The notes beneath the pieces are model-generated. The model was not told the DNA's origin. It saw only the letters and a program-made list of their open reading frames with translations, and did no database searches. From Raja brachyura (taxonomy: Eukaryota): a stretch of 64,000 nucleotides of DNA. The stretch is from contig OY740783.1 of the NCBI GenBank assembly GCA_963514005.1, positions 6,262,001 through 6,326,000 on the forward strand, read 5' to 3'. Positions 25,701 through 37,480 of this stretch are shown piece by piece. Made by a program: the position numbers and the translations under genes. How positions within the stretch are numbered: the first letter of the stretch is position 1; every line of letters begins with the position of its first letter.

Positions 25701-26874
25701 AAAGGACTTATTACATAAATTGTAACAATGTCCTAAAATACTATTTACTCACTACTGTTTTGACTAAACAGAGAGTCGTATGAAATGAATTTACGACATG
25801 AAAAACACAGAGCTTCAAAATCTTCACGTAGTCACTCACGTGACTCCGAAGTACAATAGTGAGATTAAACGAGAACTTACCAGTTCGAAGTTTGATCTTT
25901 ATTTTATGAGGAGTTACGATGAGGGATTACGTGCCCTCCACTCCCAACCCTCATAATGTAAATGATCATCTGGTAGTTCTAGTCTATTTTGAGCCTTACT
26001 ATTTTACTTCGGCTATTGGTTTCTGTGTTTTTCATGCCGCTGCTTTGAAGTATGCCGTTCCAGCGCCAGGCGGGGTCTTCTTCACGTAATCCCTCATCGT
26101 AACTCCTCATAAAATAAAGATCAAACTTCGAACTGGTAAGTTCTCGTTTAATCTCACTATTAAATGTGGATTCCATCAAATTCAATTTAACATTTACCTC
26201 TTCAATCTTTTGATTAAGATGTTCTTCCATGTTGAACTTCCAGGCATCCAGTACTTCATGTACAGAGGCTATGACATCTTCTTGAATTTCTTCTTCAATT
26301 TCTTTTTTTTTACAAATTCAATTCTTCCTTGAAGTTCTGTTTAAGTTTTTTCAATTCTTCCATTATATTTGAGATTTCTTGTGCGAGGAAACTTCTTAAT
26401 TCTTCCACATCTGTTTTCTTCTTCTTTGAGATCTCTTCTTGGGACGATGTTAAACCTGAGCCCAAGGCTTCAGTCGGGCCTACTTCTTACCGGGTTTTCT
26501 CGACTTGGTGTGTGTGTATGTTGAGTAGACATACCGCCGGTGTCGTCGCGCGCTTGATGACGTCTCACGCTTACTGCAAGCAACCGGTACCGTTGTACTG
26601 CAAGTAAGTCCCGATTTCCCCCCCCCCCCCCCTTTTTAATCAATTTTTTGCGGAGCTAAACGGCGCGAGTCTGCCTTGCTCCATAGCACCGACAGAAGTC
26701 CGTGAGCTAGTTGTTAACCACTCGTGTGAAATGGTTAATGTTAACTACCCTAATCAAAGCTTGTTTATTATGAATTCTTATGAAGGACTTTCAGGTGAAA
26801 GGAATGTGTGGAGTGGCCATTCATTGAGCTTTGGACTGGACAGACTGTTGTAGATACTTGGATGCTCTTGCTCA

Positions 26875-28800
26875 AAATGCTGGAGTAACTCAGCGGGTCA
26901 GGCAGCATCTGTGGAGAACATGGATAGGTGATGTTTCACAGAGTGCTGAAGTAACTCAGTGGGTCACGTTTGATGCCAATCGGGAAGAGTACAACATTGG
27001 GCAGCTCAGTCGGGGAGTTCACGGTTTGTGTGAAGTGTTGGCTTTGATATAGCTGGGATGTTACTGTGCCAGTTTGATTATGAAAATAGTCAATGTATTC
27101 TTCCACCTTGTAGGATTCACTACTGCAGACTCATTTGAATTTCACTGTAACTTAATTGGTACATGTGACGATAACACTTGGCCCAATGTTTCAAGGTCAG
27201 TTTATTTTTCCAGGCCCTGTCCATCCAATGTTTGATACTTTGAGGTGAATGTAGAATCTACCTGCTGCTGTCTCTCCATCTACAATTACTCTACTTGTTT
27301 CTGGTTGATGCGCCAAGGTCTTTGGATATCTTCTAATGTCCTCAGTTTCCTATGGTTTGTGATAGGTGGGCTTTGTCAACTTGCTGTTCCAAGTACTGCT
27401 TGTGATAGAGGGTGTGATCAAGGATGTCAGGAGATTTCAATCATTAAAGTGATCTGTTTTTTGTTATAACCATGTCTACCTAATCTAGTCTTTGTGGAGA
27501 TGGTATGAAGAGAAGGCCCTTGTTTAGATCCTCTCGTGGTTTCAATGGGGATAAATCTTTGAGAAAGATTAACAATGTCTTTTCCCAATTGCTTTGTGGT
27601 CACATTCCTTGTATTTCAGGGTGCTGGAATGCTGAGCAGAAATGCTGGAGGAACCGAGGGTCAGGCAGCATCTGTGGGGGAAATAGACAGATTGGGTTAG
27701 AAACCTTCAGACTGAAGGGGGAGAAAGATGGAAAGTGGGGGTGGGACAAAGCCTGGCATGTGAGGGTGGGTGGTTGGCAGATGAATGGAATAAGTGACGA
27801 AGGCCAGATGTGACAGTGATAAAACATGAAGGATAAGGGGGAAAACATGAAGGATAAGATCTCGGAGAAAACCCACTTGGTCACCGGGAGAACGTACAAA
27901 CTCCGTACAAAACCAGTGTCTCTGGCACTAAGGCAACAACTCAACCACTGTGCTGCCCTTCAACAAAGCTGGCATGTTGCTGTGGCAGGGAATTACAGTA
28001 GTCAATGTATTCTGCTACCCTGTAGGGTTCACTACAATCCTTTCAATGGCTGATCCTGTTTCTCATGACCTCCAATTACATTTGGAATCTGTTCCTCTCT
28101 AGGTGTGAAGGAGGATGTCATCAGACTTCAAATCACTAACGTGACATTGGTTTGTTTTGTATGTAACTTAGTCTATCTGAAAATAAAAAGTTAAATTAAT
28201 CTTCAACAGTTATTAAGGGCCTGGAAAAATAACCCTAGGCCCAATGTTTCAAGGTCAGTTTATTGTCACATGTACTGTCTGCAGTAGTGAATCCTACAGG
28301 GCAGAAGAATACATTGCCTATTTTCATAATCAAACTGGCACAGCAACATCCCAGCTCTATCAAAGACAACACTTCACACAAACAGTGAACTCCCCGACTG
28401 AGCTGCCCAATGTTGTACTCTTCACGTTTGGCATCAAACGTGACCCACTGAGTTACTCCAGCACTCTGTGAAACGTCACCTGTCCATGTTCTCCAGAGAT
28501 GCTGCCTGACCCGCTGAGTTCCTCCAGCACTTTGTGTCTTTTTTTGTAACCCAGCACCTGCAACTCCTTGATTTTCATCCCAAATCTTTCCTAGTTTCAG
28601 GGCTTTTACTAAGTTTGGCATCTGGGCAATGGGTACAGGGAAAGGAAAAGGGTCCCAGAGCAATAAAGCACCATTTTGCAGTAAAGAGAACAATATCTAA
28701 TTTGGAGACAGCGCTCCAAATGTGCAGTGAAATCACATAACAGGTCGCTCCAATTTGTGGTCAACACTCCCACCGTGTGGTAATCCACCACACTGCAGGC
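26875..28800. repeat. Old inverted duplication: 28217-28800 is the reverse complement of 26875-27218 plus 15120-15455
   Basis: Matching conceptual translations HTVGVLTTNWSDLL at 15021(+) and 28609(-), and EEYNIGQLSRGVH at 26831(+) and 28235(-). Confidence 0.85.
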
Positions 28801-28945
28801 CCGTCCAATTTGTGGTCAACACTCCCACCATGTGGTGATCCACCACACTGCAGGCCCGTCCAATATGTGGTCAACACTCCCACCGTGTGGTAATCCACTG
28901 CACTGCAGGCCGGTCCAATTTGTGGTCAACACTCCCACAGTGTGG
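28751..28945. repeat. 55-bp tandem repeat, about 3.5 copies
   Basis: CAATTTGTGGTCAACACTCCCACC recurs at 28751, 28806, 28861 and 28916. Confidence 0.93.
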
Positions 28946-28949
28946 TTTA

Positions 28950-29535
28950 AGAAAGAACTGCAGATTCTGGACAAATCTAAGGGAGACAAAAATGCTGGAG
29001 TAACTCAGCGGGTGAGGAAGCATCTATGGTCACCTATGAAGGAATCGGTGACTGTTCAGGTCGAGACCCTTATTCAGACTGAAGTTGGGGTGGGCGGGAA
29101 AAAGACAAGAAGAGGCAGAGACTGTAGGCTGTGGGAGAGCAGGGAAGGAGGGAGAAACCACTGATATTGGAGAATGGGAAGATGAGGCCAGTGGTGGGAT
29201 CCCATTGGAGGTGGCAAAAATGTTGGAGGATTATCTGTTGTATGTGACGGCTGGTAAGGTGGATGGGGAGGACATGGGGGACTCTGTCCTTGTTACGAAT
29301 AGGGGGGTGGGGAGTAAGACCAGAGCTGTGGGATATAGAGGAGACAATGATAAGAGTGCTGGAGTAACACAGCGGGTCAGGCACCACCTCAGGAGGAAAA
29401 GGATGGGTGATATTTTGGGTAAGAACCCTTCTTCCGTTCCATCCCTAAATCTCTTGTTTCTCCAGAGATGCTGCCTGACCCACTCAGTTACTCCAGTAAT
29501 GTGTCCATCTTTGGTATAAACCAGCATCTACAGGT
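28950..29535 (-). mobile_element. Penelope-like element fragment with terminal repeats
   Basis: RNKDRVPHVL..H.TSRHIQQIILQHF..LQWDPTT resembles the PLE linker between RT and GIY-YIG; flanked by the same repeats as at 8.7 and 14.5 kb. Confidence 0.65.
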
Positions 29536-29549
29536 CTGTTTCGACATTT

Positions 29550-31875
29550 TAGTCAAAGTCAAGTCAAAAGAGTCAAAAGAGTTTATTGTCATGTGTCCCT
29601 GACAGGACAATGAAAATCTTTCTTTGCATAGCACAACAGAACATAGAAGGCATTGACTACAATTCTATACATAAATACACCCATGACTTAATAAATTAAT
29701 AAAGTGCAAATAACAGATGGAGGGATATTAATGTTCAGAGTTCCGAGCCAGGTTTAATAGCCTGATGGCTGTGGGGAAGTAGCTATTCTTAAACCGGGTT
29801 GTTGCAGTCTTCAGGCTCCTGTACCTTCTACCCGAAGGTAGCAGGGAGATGAGTGTGTGGCTAGGGTGGTGTGGGTCCTTGATGATGCTGCCAGCCTTTT
29901 TGAGGCAGCGACTGTGATAAATCCCCTCGATGGAAGGAAGGTCAGAGCCGATGATGGACTGGGCAGTGTTTACTACTTTTTGGAGTCTTTTCCTCTCCAG
30001 GGCGCTCAAGTTGCCGAACCAAGCCACGATGCAACCAGTCAGCAAGCTCTCTACTGTACACCTGTAGAAGTTAGAGAGAGTCCTCCTTGACAGACCAACT
30101 CTCCGTAATGTTCTCAGGAAGTAGAGGCGCTGATGAGCTTTCTTAATAATTGCATCTGTGTTCTCGGACCAGGAAAGATCTTCACAGATGTGCATGCCCA
30201 GGAATTTGAAGCTCTTGACCCTTTCAACCATCGACCCGTTGATATAAACAGGACTGTGGGTCCCCATCCTACTCCTTCCAAAGTCCACAATCAGTTCCTT
30301 GGTTTTGCTGGTGTTGAGGGCCAGGTTGTTGTGTTGGCACCATATGGACAGTCGCTCGATCTCTCTCCTATACTCGGACTCATCCCCATCAGTGATACGT
30401 CCCACAATAGTGGTGTCATCAGCGAACTTGATGATGGAGTTCGCGCTATGACCGGCTATGCAGTCATGAGTATAGAGTGAGTACAGCAGGGGGCTGAGCA
30501 CGCAGCCCTCAGGTGCTCCCGTGCTGATTGTTATCGAGTCTGACACATTTCCACCAATATGAACAGACTGTGGTCTGTGGGTGAGGAAGTCGAGGAACCA
30601 ATTGCAGAGGGATGCGCAAAGACGCAGTTCTGCGAGTTTGGTAACCAGCTTGGAGGGGATGATTGTGTTAAATGCCGAGCTGTAGTCAATAAATAGCAGC
30701 CTGACATATGAGTTTTTGTTGTCCAAGTGGTCCAGAGCGGAGTGGAAGGCCAGTGAGATCGCGTCCACCGTTGATCTGTTGTGGCGGTAAGCGAACTGCA
30801 GTGGGTCCAGGTTTCTGTTGAGGTAGTAGTTGATTTTCGCCATGATCAACCTCTCGAAGCACTTCATCACCACAGGCGTTAGTGCCACAGGTCGATAGTC
30901 ATTGAGGCGCGTCACCTTGCTCTTCTTGGGCACCGGTATTATTGATGCCCTTTTGAAGCAGGTGGGAACCTCAGCCCTCAGAAGTGACAGGTTGAAAATG
31001 TCCGTAAAAACTCCAGCCAGTTGGTCCGCACAGGTTTTTAGGACACGACCAGGTATGCCATCAGGTCCAGACGCTTTTCGAGGGTTCACCCCCCTGAAGG
31101 ATTTCCTGACGTCGGCCTCTGTGACTGAAATACCATCACAGCGAATAGGGGCTCGGAAAGGCACATCGGTGTTCTCCCTATCAAAGCGTGCGTAGAATGC
31201 ATTGAGCTCATCAGGGAGTGATGTATCGCCGACATCCGAGCTGCTTCCTGGTTTCACCTTGTAGGAGGTGATTGCATTCAGTCCCCGCCACAGCTGCCGA
31301 ACATCTGTCTCATCCTCCAGCTTGGAGCAGAGCTCCCTTTTGGCCTTTTTGATGGCCTTACCAAGGTCGTATCTGGACTTCTTATAGATCACTGTGTCAT
31401 CAGACATGAATGCCCGGTGTCTGGCCTTCAGAAGAGTGCGGATCTCACAGTTCATCCAAGGTTTCTGATTGGGAAACACTCGGAAGGTTTTTGTAGGAAT
31501 GCAGTCCTCCACACATTTCTTTATGAAGTCTGTAACGACTGTGGCGTATTCATTCAAGTCTGTTGCCGAGTCCTTGAACAGCCCAGTCTACAGACTCCAA
31601 ACAGTCTTGTAGTTGTTCTTCTGCCCCCGCCGACCAGCTCTGTACTGTCCTCACCTCTGGGGGTGCGCTCTTTAATTGCTGCCTGTAGGCAGGAAGAAGC
31701 AGCACCGCGGTATGGTCGGATTTACCGAAGTGAGGGCGAGGGATAGAGCGGTAGGCATCCTTGATGGTGGTGTAACAGTGGTCGAGGGTGTTTGGTCCTC
31801 TGGTGCAGCAGGAGACATGTTGGTGGAAGTTGGGGAGTGACTTCTTTAGGTTTGCCTTATTGAAGTCCCCCGATT
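29550..31875 (-). mobile_element. Rex1/Babar LINE, 5'-truncated, 609-aa uninterrupted RT ORF (29728-31557)
   Basis: [31 protein letters not shown] and LPSGRRYRS motifs; (GACTT)n-like tail. Confidence 0.93.
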
Positions 31876-32245
31876 ACATCAGCCCGATTCAATTTCAGTT
31901 GTGATAAGGTTAGGGTATCATCACTTTAGTAAAGATACATCCTTTTATTCTGACACTGTGCCCTCTGGTCCGAGACTCCCCTGCTAGCAGAAACACCCTT
32001 TTAGTTCAGAGATACAGCGCAGAAACAGCCCAATTCCAGTTGCACCAGAAAAAATAATCATTGAAAACCCTGGACATTTCAAATGACACAATTGAAAGGA
32101 AAAATCAGCAGAATTAATCAAAGAAGCAAACACAATTCAGGAGAGAGCGATAGTGTTCTCACCAACCTCATGCCCTGGAGATGCAGATCTACATCAGACA
32201 CTAGGGGAGGTTCCCTGCCTCTACCCTGAGCATTGTTCCCAACAA

Positions 32246-32340
32246 CAGCCCAGGACCACTGCTTCCATCCTCAGCCCAGGACCACTGCTTCCATCCTCAG
32301 CCCAGGACCACTGCTCCCATCCACAGCCCAGGACCACTGC
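32246..32340. repeat. 26-bp tandem repeat, about 3.7 copies
   Basis: CAGCCCAGGACCACTGCTTCCATCCT units. Confidence 0.9.
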
Positions 32341-32834
32341 ACTCGGACACTCCATCAACTCCTCCCTTTTATACACAGGAGCTGACAATTTCCTAATCAG
32401 CTGCAATCAAGCCAATTACCACATTAACCCTTCGCCCACCAGTGCCCAATCAGTGTTTGTCGCACACATCATGATATCCACCTGGGGCAGTAGTTGTCCG
32501 TTGGACAATAATTGCCCTCTGTTGACTCATTGCTCTTTGCACAAAGTGGCTGCTCGCATTTCCTTAAGTCAGAGACGACACACAGGTGGCGTATCGACAG
32601 AGCGGCCATTCGGTTCGTTGGTGTTTAGGCGCCCCATCCTTTCGGTTCGTTGGCGTTTTGTCTTCGGACGTTCGGTTTATTGGCGTTTCGGCCTCGTTTC
32701 CATTCGATTCTTTGCTTCGGCCTCTTGTCCGTCGGCGCCACGTCCGGGTATCCTTCCTCGCATTCCAACAGGAAACGGTTCCCCGCTCCTGCCCTAGAGG
32801 CAGGAAACGATGTTTGGGGAGTCCAGCACCAGTC

Positions 32835-33095
32835 ACCCTCAGGTTCCTATTAAATCTTCCACCCCCCCTCACCTTAAACCTATGTCCCCTGGTCCTCGAT
32901 TCCCCTACTCTGGGCAAGAGACTCTGTGCATCTACCCGATCTATTCCTCTGGTGATTTTATACACCTCTATAAGATCACCCCTCATCCACCTGCACTCCA
33001 AGGAATAGAGTCCCAGCCTGCTCAACCTCGCCCTGTAGCTCATGCCCGTCAAGTACCGGCAACATCCTCGTAAATCGTCTCCGCACCCTTTCCAA
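32835..33095 (-). mobile_element. CR1 C-terminal fragment
   Basis: RLGLYSLE..RGDLIEVYKI..SRTRGH motif. Confidence 0.8.
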
Positions 33096-33124
33096 ACTCA
33101 ACATCTTTTTTCCCAACCCATTTA

Positions 33125-33700
33125 TCCCCCTCTCTCTCCCTCTCTCTGCCCCTCTCTCTCATTCCTCTCTCTGCCCTCTCCCACCCTCTCTCTCTCTCCT
33201 CGTCTCTATCTCTCTCTGCTTCTCTCTCCCCCTCTCTCTATCTCTCCGTTTATCTCTCTTCCCCCTCCCTCTCTCTCTCCCCCCCTATCTCTCCCCCCTC
33301 CCTCTCTCTCCCGCCCTTCCTTTCCCCCCCTCTCTCTCCCCCCTCTCTCTCCCCCCCTCTTTGCCCCCTCCCTCTCTCTCCCCCCCCCCTCCCTTTCCCC
33401 CCTCTCTCTCTACCTCAGATGCAGTTGATCGTGAATCTTCGGGACGAGTTGGAGCAACTGAAGGTGACGGTTGGTGAACAGGGGGAGAGAATTGCCCTGC
33501 TGGAGGGGGGGGGGGGCAGTGAACCCCCCCTAAGGACCCCTCCCCCGGTAAAACACAACCAGCCCCCCCCCCTTAAATGGGGGGGGGGGTAAAGGAGGGG
33601 GGGGGAGATGGAGAGGAGGGTGTGAGAGAGTGAGAGAGAGAAGGTGAAGAGGGAAAGAGGGAGAGAGAGAGAGAGAGGAGAGAGAGAGGGGGGGAGATAG
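33125..33700. repeat. CT-rich then GA-rich low-complexity tracts
   Basis: Polypyrimidine 33125-33410 and polypurine 33575-33700. Confidence 0.9.
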
Positions 33701-33886
33701 GGTGAGTGTAACAGAGGAGGGCGTTCCCTCCCTTCCAGCCCCCTGTGGGGGTGGGTGATGTGACCCTGGTGTGTGGGGACAACAGCTTCAATAAACAATC
33801 AGCCACTGCCCGTCAGTGTTCGTCTCTTGCGTGAGCATGTGTGTGGCGTGAGTGTGTGTGGCGTGTCGTGTGTCATGTGCGTGCGC

Positions 33887-35107
33887 CAGATTAAGTCGGA
33901 CCCGTTGGGTCCCAGCATCACATGGGAGGGCTGGTCCCCCAATGCAATATTCCACCTCTTCACCAATTCCAATATTGGTGGGCAGTGGGGGTGGGGGCTT
34001 TCTGGAGCGCTAGTATGGGTGTTGTGGGCTGAAGGGACTGGTTTCCAGAGGGCTAGTATGGAGATTGTGGCCGAATGGATTCTTGGGCTGGCAGCTCAGT
34101 CACTCAAGCTTAGTGTGCTGGCCGCTCACTCACTCATGGCTGGTGGGCTGGCAGTTGACTCACGGCTATTCCTTGAAATTCCATTTCAAGCAGGGTGCAA
34201 GGCCAGCAAACTCAAGTGCAGTTTCCCACCACTTCAAGCAGGGTGCAAGACCACCAAACTCAAGTGCAGTTTCCTACCACTTGAAGCAGGGTGCAAGCGT
34301 ACAAAACTCAAGTGCAGTTTCCTGCCACTTCAAGCAGGGTGGACGGCCACCAAAGACAGAGAGTCGTGACCTCTCTCTCCCCCATCTTGCAGAGACTGAG
34401 CTACGCCCACACTTTTGGGATTTATAGTTCCTCCCCCATCCCACCGGAAGGGGCATGGCATTAATGGCATGATTGACGAGAGAATCTCAACATTTTTTAA
34501 ACACTAATAACTCTTTTATTTTTCATCAATGGGAAAAATCCCCAGCACCTGATGAGCAGCAGGGGACTAGTAAGATGTCCAAAAATCACAGCTGTACGTG
34601 GCAGCGTTTTTTCTAAAATCAATTAGACTTTTAATTATATAGATTTTCAAACCACATTTTCATTTTCAAACCAACCACATTTTCATTTTCAAACTTAATT
34701 TTAAACCACATTAAGGGCACTCACAGGTCAGTAAAACCACACTCACAGTTTAGTAGACATGTGTTGTGTTATTCACAGCTCAGACTGAGAGTCATGACCT
34801 CTCGCTCCCCCATCTTGCAGAGACTGAGGCATGTCCACACATGTCCGGGTGTTATAGTCCCTCCCACTCCCGCCGGAAGGGGCGTGGCCTTTATGGCATG
34901 ATCAACAGGAGAGAGCATCTCAACATTTTTTAAACTCTAATGTCTTTTATTTTTCGTCGATGGGAAATATCCTCTTGTCCTGCGCAGCGGAGGAGGATTC
35001 TGAGTAAGATGGCCAAGAAATACAGCCATAAGTGGTGGCATTTTTTCTAAAATCAATATGCAGTGTAAACAGGAAGTGGTCAAGTTTAGACTTTTAATTA
35101 TATAGAT
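33887..35107 (+). mobile_element. Probable non-autonomous Helitron/Helentron-like element with duplicated 3' module
   Basis: 5' hairpin GGACCCGTTGGGTCC; 48-bp tandem repeat at 34187-34345; about 290-bp module duplicated (34355-34645, 34785-35107), each copy ending CTTTTAATTATATAGAT. Confidence 0.45.
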
Positions 35108-36532
35108 GTCGGGGGGGGGGGCGAAGAGAGGGGGTGCATGATGTGGGGGGGGGAGGAGAGGAGGGAGGGGATAGTCAGCATACACTGAGTCACACTTTTG
35201 TTCTTTCACAACAGGAGTGTGTGAGTGCACAAGGGGAAATTGAGTCTTTACTCAAGAAAGGGGTAATTGAGAGGTCGAGTCATGAGCCTCACCAGTTTGT
35301 GTCCAATATATTTACTAGGCAAAAGAAGGATGGAGGATGTCGAATCATTCTTGATTTATCTGAGCTTAACAACTTTGTGCAGTATAAGCACTTCAAAATG
35401 GAAAACTTTGTCACTGCCAAACAACTGGTTTCCAAAGGATGTTACATGGCATGCATTGACCTCAAAGATGCTTACTATTCAGTGGCCATTCATGAAGACC
35501 ACAAGAGATATTTGAAGTTTAGCTGGATGGAGCAATTGTGGAAGTTTAAAGCATTGCCTAATGGGTTAATCTCAGCGCCCAGACTATTCACAAAATTGCT
35601 AAAACCAGTCCCGGGGCTACTCAGGGCACAGAATCATATAGTCATGGCATATTTGGATGACATCTTAATCATTGGGAAAACTTTGGAATTAGCTGAATTA
35701 TCTGTGTCAGCTACCAAACTCATGTTTGAGAGACTGGGGTTTCTAATCCATTCAGTTAAGTCTAAATTGGTACCATCTAGGATAATTAATTATTTGGGAT
35801 TCACCATTAACTCAATGCAAATTGGGGCAAGCAATTAAAGTTAATCGAAGCCTGCAGAAACCTCGTTGTTAAGAACCTTCTATTAGACATGTGGCTAGTA
35901 TAATTGACAAATTAGTGGCTGCTTTCCCAGCTGCTCAGTTCGGGCCTTTGCACTTCCAAAATTTACAGCGGGCAAAGGAGCAGGCACTCAAGCTTCATAG
36001 AGGTCGCTTTGATAGGCCTATGCAGTTGCCAGCTGAAGCCATTGCTGAGATACAATGGTGGGTTACCAATATTTAGTAGTGTTCTATTACTATTTTAGTT
36101 GATACACCATAAGTTATCCTGCAAACTGATGCCAGTGCGCTAGGTTGGGGTGCTACCAACACCACCTCTAGCTGCGGGAGCAGATGGAATCTGCAGGAAT
36201 CATCGATGCTTCAGTCACATGGTATTAACTACTTTGAATTGTTGGGAGCACTCTAAGGGTTAAAGGCTTATTGTACCCATATGCATCATGTGCATGTTCA
36301 ATTTCAGATTGACAACACTACAGCAGTAGCATACATTAATCACATGAGTGGAAGTAAGTCTGTATCCTGTGATAAATTGTCTAATCTAATTTGGCCCTGG
36401 TGTATTACGAGAAACATCTGGGTTTCAGCAATCTACTTACCAGGTAGATATAACATGATGGCAGACACCAGGTCACGACAATTCAATTACAACAATAAGT
36501 ATATATATTTAATAGAGTAATTTGGGAGTAAG

Positions 36533-37480
36533 ATGTCAGTGGAGATTGGTCCTGTGGTTTGCTCAGCCTGCAACATGTGGGAGATCAGGGATATGGTCGG
36601 TGTCCCTGATGACTACATTTGCAGGAAGTGTGTCCAGCTGCAGCTCCTGGCAGACCGCATTGAACGATTGGAGCTGCGGCTGGATTCATACTGGAGCATC
36701 CACGATGCAAAGAAAGTCGTGGACAGCACATACAGCGAGTTGGTCACGCCACAGTTAAAAGATAAGAGGACAGAAAGGGAGCGGGTGGCCAATAGCCAGC
36801 AAAGCAGTAGGCAGATAGTGCAGGAGTCCCCTGCGGTCATCTCCCTACTCAACAGGTTTACCATTTTGGATACTGTTGAGGGAGATGGCTCATCAGGGGA
36901 ATGCAGCAGCAGCCAAGTTCATGGCACCATGGGTGGCTCTGCAGCACATGATGGGGGAAAAAAGAGGGGAAGGGCTAATGTAATAGGGGATTCAATTGTC
37001 AGGGGAATAGATAGGCGTTTCTGCGGCCGCAAAAGAGACTCCAGGATGGTATGTTGCCTCCCTGGTGCAAAAGTCAGGGATGTTACTGAACGGCTGCAGA
37101 ACATTCTGGAGGGGGAGGGTGAACAGCCAGTTGTCGTGGTGCATATTGGCACCAACGATATAGGGGAAAAAAGGGATGAGGTCCTACAAGGTGAATTTAG
37201 GGAGCTAGGAGATAAACTCAAAAGTAGGACCTCAAAGATAATAATCTCTGGATTATTACCAGTACCACGGGCCAGTCAGAGTAGAAATAGGAGGATATTG
37301 CAGATGAATACGTGGCTTGAAAAATGGTGCAAGGGAGAGGGATTCAAATTTTTAGGGCACTGGAACCATTTCTGGGGGAGGTGGGACCAGTACAAACAGG
37401 ACGGTCTGCACCTGGGCTGGAATGGAACCAATGTCCTTGGGGGAGTGTTTGCTAGTGCTGTCGGGGAGGATTTAAACTAA
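36533..37480 (+). CDS. CR1 ORF1p (zinc finger/leucine zipper plus SGNH esterase domain), intact
   Basis: CSAC..CRKC, IGDSIVR, HIGTND and DGLHL motifs. Confidence 0.9.
   Translation: MSVEIGPVVCSACNMWEIRDMVGVPDDYICRKCVQLQLLADRIERLELRLDSYWSIHDAKKVVDSTYSELVTPQLKDKRTERERVANSQQSSRQIVQESPAVISLLNRFTILDTVEGDGSSGECSSSQVHGTMGGSAAHDGGKKRGRANVIGDSIVRGIDRRFCGRKRDSRMVCCLPGAKVRDVTERLQNILEGEGEQPVVVVHIGTNDIGEKRDEVLQGEFRELGDKLKSRTSKIIISGLLPVPRASQSRNRRILQMNTWLEKWCKGEGFKFLGHWNHFWGRWDQYKQDGLHLGWNGTNVLGGVFASAVGEDLN

Larger units (their letters stand above)
21297..26161 (+). mobile_element. Full-span DIRS1-type element (copy B), ORFs decayed and termini intact
   Basis: The left ITR is complementary to about 26052-26088. 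The ICR at about 25856-25933 is perfectly complementary to 26083-26160. Remnants of gag, RT (MAYLDD), RNaseH, MT (IDLFASRLN) and YR (SHSTRAAATS). Confidence 0.93.
15688..26701 (-). mobile_element. L1/Tx1-clade LINE with both ends, internal ORF2 deletion, and nested CR1 and DIRS
   Basis: 11-bp TSD GTGAGCTAGTT at 15677-15687 and 26702-26712; T-rich tail; ORF1 LEGRQRRSNLRIMGV..YGLMYPATLRI; ORF2 pieces FKYLGIYV, GRINAIKM and IQFKVLHRLHY. The EN domain is fused to the RT C-terminus near 19535. Confidence 0.9.

Noticed and set aside
33042-33806. Pro/Leu/Ser-rich ORFs
   Set aside because: They are translations of low-complexity CT/GA tracts.
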